DNA of 64,000 nucleotides from an uncultured Candidatus Saccharibacteria bacterium. Its GTDB lineage: Bacteria > Patescibacteriota > Minisyncoccia > Phycocordibacterales > UBA9973. Of this stretch, positions 1-8,603 are shown one piece after another (the first letter of the stretch is position 1; every line of letters begins with the position of its first letter). The notes beneath the pieces are model-generated. The model did no database searches. It saw only the letters and a program-made list of their open reading frames with translations, and was not told the DNA's origin. Made by a program: the position numbers and the translations under genes. The stretch lies in the NCBI GenBank assembly GCA_964606285.1, contig CAZSFP010000001.1, positions 5,376 to 69,375 on the forward strand, given 5' to 3'.

Positions 1-1138
<1,138 letters not shown>

Positions 1139-1167
1139 TTGCTTTTTATTGAAAATGGAGGTATTGT
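1139..1167 (+). promoter_or_regulatory. sigma70-type promoter for the 23S-like RNA
   Basis: TTGCTT (1139-1144), 17 bp spacer, TATTGT (1162-1167); predicted start ~1174 coincides with the 5' strand of the closing helix. Confidence 0.55.
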
Positions 1168-1173
1168 AAAGAA

Positions 1174-1681
1174 AATTCTTTAGAGAAAACCTGAGAGAAA
1201 GCAATCATGCAAGTATTTTAGAGGAAAAGAAAAGGAGAAATTTCTTAGTAATACAAGCTATGAAGGACGCGATAAGCTGCGATAAGCTGCGGGGATTGGC
1301 ACATACAAATTGATCCGCAGATTTCCGAATGGGGCAACCTGTAACACTGAAAAGTGTGACATCCGAAAGGAAGCTAACCCGAAGAACTGAAACATCTAAG
1401 TACTCGGGAAAATAAGGAATGGCCTGATTTCCAAAGTAGTGGCGAGCGAAATGGAAAAAGCCCAAACCAGACTGTCACGGTTGGTGTCAGTACTGGGGTT
1501 GTAGGACTACAATATAGATTGCTATTTATAGTGGAAGCATCTGGAAAGTTGCGCCATAGAGGGTGATAGACCCGTACACGAAATAAATCTGCTGTCTTAG
1601 TAGTATCCTGAGTACCGTTTGACCATTGAAATCAACGGGAATCTGCCGAGTCCTCTCGGAAGCTAAAATACCTAAAGAATT
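1174..1681 (+). ncRNA. Stand-alone RNA derived from 23S rRNA domain I (not an rRNA operon)
   Basis: 1260-1671 has 23S 5'-region signatures in order (ATGAAGGAC..AAGCTGCGATAAGC, GATTTCCGAATGGGGCAACC, GAACTGAAACATCTAAGTA, AGTAGTGGCGAGCGAA, GGGGTTGTAGGAC, CTGGAAAG..AGAGGGTGATAG, AAGCTAAAATAC); AATTCTTTAG 1174-1183 pairs with CTAAAGAATT 1672-1681; no 16S, 5S or further 23S nearby. Confidence 0.8.
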
Positions 1682-1711
1682 AAATCCGTACGAGTTACGG
1701 ATTTTTTATTT
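1682..1711 (+). terminator. Intrinsic terminator, repeated at 2629-2659
   Basis: AAATCCGTA-CGAGT-TACGGATTT followed by a T tract. Confidence 0.85.
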
Positions 1712-1762
1712 GATTTGTGTTTTAGGTGACAAAGGAGTACTCTACAGAAAAAGACCTTTTCC

Positions 1763-2428
1763 ATGAAAAATCTAGTGCTAGTATTTCTTTGTATATGGAC
1801 TCATTTATTACAGGCTCAAAACAACCCTCCGTGCCTTGCTGCTGATATTATTATCCTTTCTGATAGATCGTCATCGATGCAAGGATCTGAGGTGTTAGTC
1901 GGGGATGCAATTTCAGTTCTTGTTGAAGGCATCGTTCCAGAAGATATGAGAATCCAGTTCGGTATCGTTTCTTTTGGAGACATTGCGCGAATTGAAATTC
2001 CACTGACATCTGATTATCCGTATCTTTTGTTGTCTGTTGAAGAATATAAAAAGCAAAACGCCACAGGAAGCAAGACAACCATTGTTCCTGGTATTCAAAC
2101 AGCACGAAGCATGTTTGAGGATAGTAAAAATATTGGAGAACATTTGAAAATAATTATTGTTATTTCTGATGGGGAAATCCATGATGACTATGAACTTGGT
2201 GAATTTGTGGATTCTGTTTCAGAAATGGACAATATACTATTTTTTTCTCTTGGTTTTGCTCCTGAGGTAATTCCATTTGATATAAAAAGTCGTATACTTC
2301 GAAATTTATATATAACCTATATGAATATAAATGACAGTTTACTGACTCGTATTTCACATGGTCAATATTTTCAGAACAATACGTTTCGATTGCGTGATAC
2401 AATCCGCAAGCTTGGTGTTTGTCTATAA
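1763..2428 (+). CDS. Secreted von Willebrand factor type A domain protein
   Basis: Signal-peptide-like MKNLVLVFLCIWTHLLQA|Q; MIDAS DRSSS; FGIVSF; KIIIVISDG. Confidence 0.9.
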   Translation: MKNLVLVFLCIWTHLLQAQNNPPCLAADIIILSDRSSSMQGSEVLVGDAISVLVEGIVPEDMRIQFGIVSFGDIARIEIPLTSDYPYLLLSVEEYKKQNATGSKTTIVPGIQTARSMFEDSKNIGEHLKIIIVISDGEIHDDYELGEFVDSVSEMDNILFFSLGFAPEVIPFDIKSRILRNLYITYMNINDSLLTRISHGQYFQNNTFRLRDTIRKLGVCL

Positions 2429-2429
2429 A

Positions 2430-2626
2430 TTTCTTTGAACTCGGAGAACTCGAATACGTAAGTACCCGAAGGAAAATGTAGTATAGGGTGCCAGATATGC
2501 CACTTTGGAACAGTATACTACGTTACATCGAGACAGTGTTTCTTTCAACGTTAATCGGGGAGAAACAGATGAGCTCGTGATTAGTAGCTTCGTAGCAATG
2601 ATCTAGTTAGGGCCTATCCAAAGAAA
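2430..2626 (+). ncRNA. Putative structured RNA with 23S helix 11/13-like motifs
   Basis: GAACTCGGAGAACTCGAATACGTAAGTACCCGAAGGAAAA and TAGTAGCTTCGTAGCAA resemble 23S motifs; ends pair (TTTCTTTG 2430-2437 / CAAAGAAA 2619-2626); internal stems 2476-2485/2514-2523 and 2537-2546/2557-2567. Confidence 0.55.
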
Positions 2627-2628
2627 GA

Positions 2629-2659
2629 AAATCCGTACGAGTTACGGATTTTTTTATTT
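2629..2659 (+). terminator. Intrinsic terminator, near-identical to 1682-1711
   Basis: AAATCCGTACGAGTTACGGATTTTTTTATTT; differs from the first copy by one T. Confidence 0.85.
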
Positions 2660-2689
2660 GATTTTTGCGTGCTACTATGGGCTTTATAT

Positions 2690-4789
2690 ATGTCAAAATC
2701 TGTTTTTACTTTGAAGAGTGATTTCAAGCCGTCCGGCGACCAGCCGGCAGCTATTTCGCAATTGCTCAAAGGCCTTGAGAAAGGGATGAAAAAACAAACA
2801 CTCCTCGGGGCGACGGGTACTGGAAAAACATTTACGATGGCGAATGTCATAGCTCTCCACAACAAGCCGACACTTGTCATTGCTCACAACAAGACGCTCG
2901 CGGCGCAGCTCGCGAGCGAGTTCCGAGAGTTTTTTCCAGATGCGGCAGTGCACTATTTCGTTTCGTATTACGATTATTATCAGCCAGAAGCGTATATGCC
3001 GGTGACAGATACGTATATTGAAAAAGATGCCCAGATCAACAAAGAGATTGATCGACTTCGGCACGCATCGACACAGGCGCTTCTGACCCGCAAAGATGTG
3101 ATCATTGTCGCATCAGTTTCCTGTATCTACGGTCTCGGTTCACCGGAAGAATATGAAAAAGTAAATTTGAAACTTGAAGTTGGTATGTCGATGGATCGGA
3201 CAATGCTCATGAAGCGATTGATCGATATTCATTTTGAGCGCACAAATGCAGATTTGTCACCGGGGCAATTTCGCTCGATTGGTTCTCGTGTGGAATTTAT
3301 GCCCGTGTCTGAAACCATCATGTACGGTATCGATATAACTGCGGGAAAAATTTCAACAATTACAAAAATCGACCCAATTTCATCTCAAAACATCAAAGAC
3401 GAAACCAGTATTTTTATCTTTCCAGCAAAACATTTCATCACCGAAGATTCCAAAAAGAAACGAGCTATTGCTGCTATCAAAAAAGAACTTGATGCACAAT
3501 TAAAGAAATTTGAAAAAGAAGGAAAACTACTCGAAGCGGAACGTATCAAGCGTCGGACAACGTATGATCTCGCCATGATCAAGGAGATCGGCTACTGCAA
3601 TGGCATTGAAAACTACTCCCGCCACCTGTCTGGTAAAAACGAAGGAGAACCACCAGAAACATTGTTATCATATTTCAAAGGGAATTTTCTGACGATCATC
3701 GATGAGTCACATGTAACGTTGCCACAGCTTGGCGGTATGTATGCTGGTGATGCATCGCGCAAACAAACGCTTGTTGAATATGGATTTCGTTTACCATCAG
3801 CAAAGGACAACCGTCCGCTCAAATATGCAGAATTTGAAGAACGTATCGGACAGGTGATCTACACGAGCGCGACGCCAAGTAGTGTTGAACGAGAGACAAG
3901 TGATCAGATCGTGGAACAAATCATTCGTCCAACAGGACTGCTTGATCCTGAATTGATCGTTCGACCAGTGGTAGAAAAAGGTGGATACCCAGGTCAAATT
4001 CAAGATTTCATCAAAGAAACAGAATTGACGATCAAGCGAGGATTTCGTGTCCTTGCGACAACACTGACAAAAAAAATGGCAGAAGATTTGTCTATATATC
4101 TAAAAAACCTGCCTGCCGGCAGGCAGGTTAAGGCTGAATATTTGCACAGTGATATCAAAACGATTGATCGTATTCAGATTCTGACTCAATTCCGCCGTGG
4201 AGAATTTGATGTACTTGTCGGAGTGAACTTGCTCCGTGAGGGACTCGATCTCCCAGAGGTTGCACTGATCGGCATTCTCGATGCTGACAAAGAAGGATTT
4301 CTTCGATCTGATACGTCGCTCATTCAGACGATTGGCCGTGCCGCCCGCAATGCCGAAGGACGGGTCATTCTCTATGCCGATGTTATGACTGGATCGCTCG
4401 AGCGTGCTATCGCAGAGACCAATCGTCGTCGAGATGTGCAGATCGCCTATAACAAAGAGCATGGCATCACCCCAAAAACGATTTTGAAAAATATCAAAGA
4501 CATCACCGAAGAAATGGAAAGCAAGCACGGCAAGGCAGTGAATGTAGAGCTGTCGCTCGACCTCGAAGTGTTCAAAAAAGCATATGCCAAAGAATTGAAA
4601 AAAGACAGTCGGCCAAAAAAACTTGGCGTTGTGGCACTTTCTGATGAAGAACGAGAAAGTCTGGTCTATGAAAAAATAATCAAGATCAAAGAAAAAGAAA
4701 TGAACAAAGCGGTCAAAGAACTTGATTTCGAAACTGCAGCAATCTTGCGTGATGAAATTGTGATTCTTAAACAAAAAATTGAGAAGTAG
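2690..4789 (+). CDS. uvrB: Excinuclease ABC subunit B
   Basis: GATGTGKT, AHNKTLAAQL, YFVSYYDYYQPEAY, GIENYSRH, NLLREGLDLPEV and C-terminal UVR motif; likely ATG at 2690. Confidence 0.99.
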   Translation: MSKSVFTLKSDFKPSGDQPAAISQLLKGLEKGMKKQTLLGATGTGKTFTMANVIALHNKPTLVIAHNKTLAAQLASEFREFFPDAAVHYFVSYYDYYQPEAYMPVTDTYIEKDAQINKEIDRLRHASTQALLTRKDVIIVASVSCIYGLGSPEEYEKVNLKLEVGMSMDRTMLMKRLIDIHFERTNADLSPGQFRSIGSRVEFMPVSETIMYGIDITAGKISTITKIDPISSQNIKDETSIFIFPAKHFITEDSKKKRAIAAIKKELDAQLKKFEKEGKLLEAERIKRRTTYDLAMIKEIGYCNGIENYSRHLSGKNEGEPPETLLSYFKGNFLTIIDESHVTLPQLGGMYAGDASRKQTLVEYGFRLPSAKDNRPLKYAEFEERIGQVIYTSATPSSVERETSDQIVEQIIRPTGLLDPELIVRPVVEKGGYPGQIQDFIKETELTIKRGFRVLATTLTKKMAEDLSIYLKNLPAGRQVKAEYLHSDIKTIDRIQILTQFRRGEFDVLVGVNLLREGLDLPEVALIGILDADKEGFLRSDTSLIQTIGRAARNAEGRVILYADVMTGSLERAIAETNRRRDVQIAYNKEHGITPKTILKNIKDITEEMESKHGKAVNVELSLDLEVFKKAYAKELKKDSRPKKLGVVALSDEERESLVYEKIIKIKEKEMNKAVKELDFETAAILRDEIVILKQKIEK
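4106..4129. repeat. 24-bp perfect palindrome inside uvrB (encodes NLPAGRQV)
   Basis: AACCTGCCTGCC-GGCAGGCAGGTT; related copy at 5058-5079. Confidence 0.85.
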
Positions 4790-4867
4790 AATACATTGAG
4801 TTTTGTAAAAAATATGATAAAATCCCTTGAGGAAATTAGCTCTCTTTAAATCAATTTATGTTTCTGT

Positions 4868-4940
4868 CCGCCTATAGCTCAGCTGGTAGAGCAGATCCCT
4901 CTTAAGGATAAGGTCCCAGGTTCGATCCCTGGTGGGCGGA
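4868..4940 (+). tRNA. tRNA-Lys(CTT)
   Basis: Acceptor CCGCCTA/TGGGCGG, loop CT-CTT-AA, GGTTCGATCC T-arm. Confidence 0.93.
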
Positions 4941-4964
4941 CAGAGTCATAAATTCATTTAGATA

Positions 4965-5015
4965 AGAGCAGATCCTCGGGGAGGACAAGCAGGTTCGATC
5001 CCTGGTGGGCGGACA
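4965..5015 (+). pseudogene. Partial direct copy of tRNA-Lys
   Basis: AGAGCAGATCC and CAGGTTCGATCCCTGGTGGGCGGACA match the adjacent tRNA; anticodon arm is scrambled. Confidence 0.8.
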
Positions 5016-5034
5016 CAGAGATGAATTGTCAAAA

Positions 5035-5090
5035 GCTCGGGTGGCGTAATTGGTAGCCCTGCCTTTGCCGGCAGGCAGGCGCGTTAGTTC
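5035..5090 (+). pseudogene. tRNA-Leu-like 5' half interrupted by a palindrome
   Basis: GCTCGGGTGGCGTAATTGGTAGC + CCTGCCTTTGCCGGCAGGCAGG + CGCGTTAGTT. Confidence 0.7.
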
Positions 5091-5100
5091 AATTATTCAA

Positions 5101-5334
5101 ATGTACACAGTTTATGCAATAAAAAGTATAAATAAACATTATATTTATGTTGGAATGACGAATGATATTATTCGAAGATATAATGAACATAATACTGGAC
5201 GAGAAAAGACAACTCGACCTTATGCTCCATTTGTACTATTATACACAGAGCAATGTTCAGATAGATTAAAAGCACGAGTTCGTGAAAAGTATTTAAAATC
5301 TGGAGTTGGTAAGGAATTTTTGAAATCAATATGA
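5101..5334 (+). CDS. Small GIY-YIG nuclease family protein
   Basis: MYTVYAIKS..YIYVGMTND..RR..EHN.G..TRPYAP..LLY.E..ARVREKYLKSG.G; likely ATG at 5101. Confidence 0.93.
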   Translation: MYTVYAIKSINKHYIYVGMTNDIIRRYNEHNTGREKTTRPYAPFVLLYTEQCSDRLKARVREKYLKSGVGKEFLKSI

Positions 5335-5337
5335 TAT

Positions 5338-5419
5338 GCCGGGGTGGCGAAATTGGTAGACGCACTGCTCTTAGGAAGCAGCGAGGTAACTCATGGAGGT
5401 TCAAGTCCTCTCCCCGGCA
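5338..5419 (+). tRNA. tRNA-Leu(TAG)
   Basis: GCCGGGG/CCCCGGC acceptor, CTGCT-CTTAGGA-AGCAG anticodon arm, long variable arm. Confidence 0.95.
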
Positions 5420-5423
5420 CTGT

Positions 5424-5975
5424 ATGAAAACTGTCATTTTTGCCGGAGGATGCTTTTGGTGTATTGAACACGATTTGCGATCACTTGCAGGTGTGGCGTC
5501 TGTTGTGTCTGGATATACTGGTGGTACGATTGCGAATCCGACCTATGAGCAAGTCATCTATGAAGATTCGGGTCACCGGGAAGCAGTAGAGGTGACATAC
5601 GACGAAACAAAAATTTCTTTCAAGAAACTGTGCCAGTTTTTTCTTGATCACATCGATCCAACGGATGCCGGCGGACAATTTGCTGATCGGGGAGAGAATT
5701 ACAGAACGGCAATCTATTTTCAAAATCAGGAAGAAGAAACCACTGCTCGAGCACTTCTTGTTGAATTGGCAGAATCAAAAGTATATGATGAAAAACCGAT
5801 TGTTGTCGATGTGTTGCCGACACAACCATTCTATTCTGCAGAAGAATATCATCAAGATTATGCATCAAAAAATCCCGTCCACTATGGTATGTATCGCGTT
5901 GGTTCCGGCCGTGAAGGATTTGTGAACGGTGTATGCCAGATCAGAGAAGAAAAGAAGATTAACTGGAAAGAATAA
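5424..5975 (+). CDS. msrA: Peptide methionine sulfoxide reductase A
   Basis: FAGGCFWC, SGYTGG, GHREAV, GQFADRG, AEEYHQDY; start MKTVIF. Confidence 0.97.
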   Translation: MKTVIFAGGCFWCIEHDLRSLAGVASVVSGYTGGTIANPTYEQVIYEDSGHREAVEVTYDETKISFKKLCQFFLDHIDPTDAGGQFADRGENYRTAIYFQNQEEETTARALLVELAESKVYDEKPIVVDVLPTQPFYSAEEYHQDYASKNPVHYGMYRVGSGREGFVNGVCQIREEKKINWKE

Positions 5976-6021
5976 TATAAAAAACGAGAATGAAATTCAT
6001 TCTCGTTTTTTATATTGTGTG

Positions 6022-6104
6022 TGCCTGAGGTGGGGATCGAACCCACATCTCTTTGCAGAGACAACATTTTAAGTGTTGCGTGTATACCATTCCACCACTC
6101 AGGC
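6022..6104 (-). tRNA. tRNA-Leu(TAA)
   Basis: Reverse strand GCCTGAGTGGTGGAATGGTATACACG-CAACA-CTTAAAA-TGTTG...GGTTCGATCCCCACCTCAGGCA. Confidence 0.95.
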
Positions 6105-6126
6105 ATTAATAATTTTTTAAATTATC

Positions 6127-6181
6127 TGAGGCGTGGGCGGTAACCCTCCTTCGCTAAAGCTACGGAAGGGCACGTCGAACC
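6127..6181 (-). pseudogene. tRNA 3'-end fragment with palindromic insert
   Basis: Reverse strand GGTTCGA..[palindrome 6144-6170]..CCGCCCACGCCTCA, directly downstream of tRNA-Cys. Confidence 0.55.
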
Positions 6182-6186
6182 TCTTG

Positions 6187-6258
6187 AGACCTAGGGCGGA
6201 ATCGAACCGCCGTGTGAGAGTTTTGCAGACTCTTGTCTTACCACTTGACGACTAGGTC
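6187..6258 (-). tRNA. tRNA-Cys(GCA)
   Basis: Reverse strand GACCTAG..AGAGT-CTGCAAA-ACTCT..GGTTCGATTCC..CTAGGTC-T. Confidence 0.95.
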
Positions 6259-6296
6259 ATATTTTAACTATAGACTAAAGACCCCAAACCAGCAAC

Positions 6297-6620
6297 TTAT
6301 CCCTGTCGTAAGATATCATCCATCCGTCTTCGAGCTTTCTCACCGATATCGATCTCAGTTTCCAAGAAGGGAATATTGTAGGTATTTAAATTGTCTTTGA
6401 CATATTGACGAAGTGGTGCACGCATTCGTTTGCAAAACGACAACGCTTCTTTTTCTTTTTCTTCCGGGAGAACACTGATCAAGATTGTCGCGTATTTTTC
6501 ATCTTCTGACACAGTACAACCAGTGACCGTGATCATTGCGGTCTTGTTGCTTTCGTTCGCCAAAAACGTCGCTGCTAGGGCTCGTACTCGTTCTGCCAAT
6601 TTTTCTCCGCGTTGTGTCAT
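6297..6620 (-). CDS. rbfA: Ribosome-binding factor A
   Basis: ITVT..VS.D.KYATI.ISV pattern and size; directly downstream of infB. Confidence 0.85.
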   Translation of the reverse strand: MTQRGEKLAERVRALAATFLANESNKTAMITVTGCTVSEDEKYATILISVLPEEKEKEALSFCKRMRAPLRQYVKDNLNTYNIPFLETEIDIGEKARRRMDDILRQG

Positions 6621-6623
6621 ATA

Positions 6624-8123
6624 TTATTTAGTAACTAAGGTAAATGCTTCGATGGTGTCACCGATAGCGATATCGACCTTGGTTTCGATCATGAGACCAC
6701 ATTCTTGCTCAGCCTCAACTTGTTTTGCACGAATTTTGCCGTGTTGGAGCTCGATGATCTTGCCAGTACCGATTTCGAAATCACGGCGAAGAATCCGAAC
6801 TTTTGCGTCACCAGTGAGAAGTCCTGACGTTACACGGCCACCGACAACGATACGTTCTTTTGTTCGGTTGAAAATGCGCATGATTTTGAGGACACCAGAA
6901 ACTTCAACAGTAGTTTCGCGGGGGCGACGTTCTTCTGCGATAATTTTGAGCCAATCGATCAATTTGTAAATAATCGTAAATGTTTCAACAGTCGCATGTG
7001 CATGTTCGTTTGCATCACGGGCTTTTGTGTCCATGCTGACATTGAATCCAACGATCAATGTTTCCGGATCGGCTGCAGCGCTTTTGATATCATTTTCTGT
7101 GATGGATCCGACACCGAGGGTGATGACTTTGAATGCGAGTGTTTCAGTTTCCAGTGCCGCGAGTTCTTTGAGAATGGCATCACCGGTTCCTGAAACATCT
7201 GTTTTGATAACGATCGGGACGATTTTCATACCTGGTTTGAAAACTTGCTGTACTTTTTGTCCGTTAGATTGTTGTTTTTGTTCAGTTGCATAGTCTTCAG
7301 CATCACGTTTCTTTTCAAATGCAATCGCCGTGCTACCGGCCGCTGGAAGACTATCAAAACCGGTGATGCGGATCGGAGAAGAGAATGTCGCTTCTTTGAT
7401 CGATTTACCCATGAAGTCTTCGATGAGACGAGTACTTGCGATTGCAGTACCAGCAACAATACTCATACCAGTTTTAAGTGTGCCGTTTTTTATCACGATA
7501 GTTGCAGAGATGCCACGCTTTTGGTCCAAGTGCGATTCGATGACATATCCTTCTGCTGGAATCGCAGGATTTGCAGTAAAATTTTCAAGTTCGGCAACGA
7601 GAAGAATCGTTGAAAGCAGGTTGGGAACACCGGCGCCTGATTTTGCAGAAACTTCGCAGACTGGAATTTGTCCGCCATATCCTTCGATGTAGACGCCATT
7701 TTCTGCGAGTTCCATTTTGACTCGCTCGATGTTTGCACCCGGCTTGTCGATCTTGTTGATGACGACGATTGCTGGTGTTTTTGATTTTTCAATTGTGCCC
7801 CAAGCTTCTTTGGTTTGGGTTTTGACGCCATCTTCTGCAGAGACGATGAGAAGGGCGATATCGGCGACATGTGCACCACGTTCTCGCATATGAGAAAATG
7901 CTTCGTGCCCCGGAGTATCGAGAAATGTAATTTTCTTTGGTACACCCGCTTCATTCGTATGCACGACTTCATATGCACTCAAGTGCTGGGTGATGCCGCC
8001 TGCTTCGCCGGCAACGATGTTGGAACTACGAATAAAATCAAGTAGTGTTGATTTTCCGTGGTCGATATGGCCCATGATCGCGACGATCGGCGGACGTTCA
8101 GCTGGTGTGTTATTTTTTTGCAT
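6624..8123 (-). CDS. infB: Translation initiation factor IF-2 (short form)
   Basis: RPPIVAIMGHIDHGKST, EAGGITQH, DTPGHEAF, NKID. Confidence 0.98.
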   Translation of the reverse strand: MQKNNTPAERPPIVAIMGHIDHGKSTLLDFIRSSNIVAGEAGGITQHLSAYEVVHTNEAGVPKKITFLDTPGHEAFSHMRERGAHVADIALLIVSAEDGVKTQTKEAWGTIEKSKTPAIVVINKIDKPGANIERVKMELAENGVYIEGYGGQIPVCEVSAKSGAGVPNLLSTILLVAELENFTANPAIPAEGYVIESHLDQKRGISATIVIKNGTLKTGMSIVAGTAIASTRLIEDFMGKSIKEATFSSPIRITGFDSLPAAGSTAIAFEKKRDAEDYATEQKQQSNGQKVQQVFKPGMKIVPIVIKTDVSGTGDAILKELAALETETLAFKVITLGVGSITENDIKSAAADPETLIVGFNVSMDTKARDANEHAHATVETFTIIYKLIDWLKIIAEERRPRETTVEVSGVLKIMRIFNRTKERIVVGGRVTSGLLTGDAKVRILRRDFEIGTGKIIELQHGKIRAKQVEAEQECGLMIETKVDIAIGDTIEAFTLVTK

Positions 8124-8562
8124 TGATGACTTCTTTTTCTTCGTCTGTTAAATCGTAGGTTGAGGTGTACGCAGTGATCGGTTTTGCAAAGACACTCGTT
8201 TTTTCTCGTGAGTACAAACTCGAGATGATGATGCCGGTACCATTCTCATTGAGAAGGGCGATCGCAAAGCTTTGATTGCCGCCGGTATCGGAGAATGCAT
8301 TGAACCGGATGGCTCGGGCATCCATGACTGCGTGTTTGACACGTGCGTCAATATCCGTAATATGACCATGCATGACATCTGATCTTTTGTCCAGACGTTC
8401 GACATAGGCGATTATTTGTTCGAGCATTTCTTCGAGATCATGACCCTTTTTCCCCGCCCAGAATTTTTTCAATCGGCGTCGTGCGACGAATTGGAGTGCA
8501 AGGCAGACCAATGAGATGACGAGCGCACCGAAACTTATGTATACTGGAAGTGATGTACTCAT
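8110..8562 (-). CDS. DUF4446-like membrane-anchored protein
   Basis: N-terminal TM helix; RFNAF.D.GGNQSFAIALL..G.IISSLYSRE..VFAKP..L..EE. Confidence 0.75.
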   Translation of the reverse strand: MSTSLPVYISFGALVISLVCLALQFVARRRLKKFWAGKKGHDLEEMLEQIIAYVERLDKRSDVMHGHITDIDARVKHAVMDARAIRFNAFSDTGGNQSFAIALLNENGTGIIISSLYSREKTSVFAKPITAYTSTYDLTDEEKEVINAKK

Positions 8563-8603
8563 ACCAAGCGAGAATTATATAACAGATAGCCTTATTTTGC
8601 AAT

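Noticed and set aside
1205-1465. 86-aa minus-strand ORF
   Set aside because: Antisense to the rRNA-like sequence; a typical spurious translation of rRNA.
1174-1711. Calling this a normal rRNA operon or 23S gene
   Set aside because: Only ~410 nt of domain I are present, the 23S 5' terminal helices are missing, a terminator follows immediately, and there is no 16S or 5S.
5050-5423. N-terminal extensions of the GIY-YIG and msrA ORFs in the track
   Set aside because: They run through a tRNA fragment or tRNA-Leu; the likely starts are 5101 and 5424.
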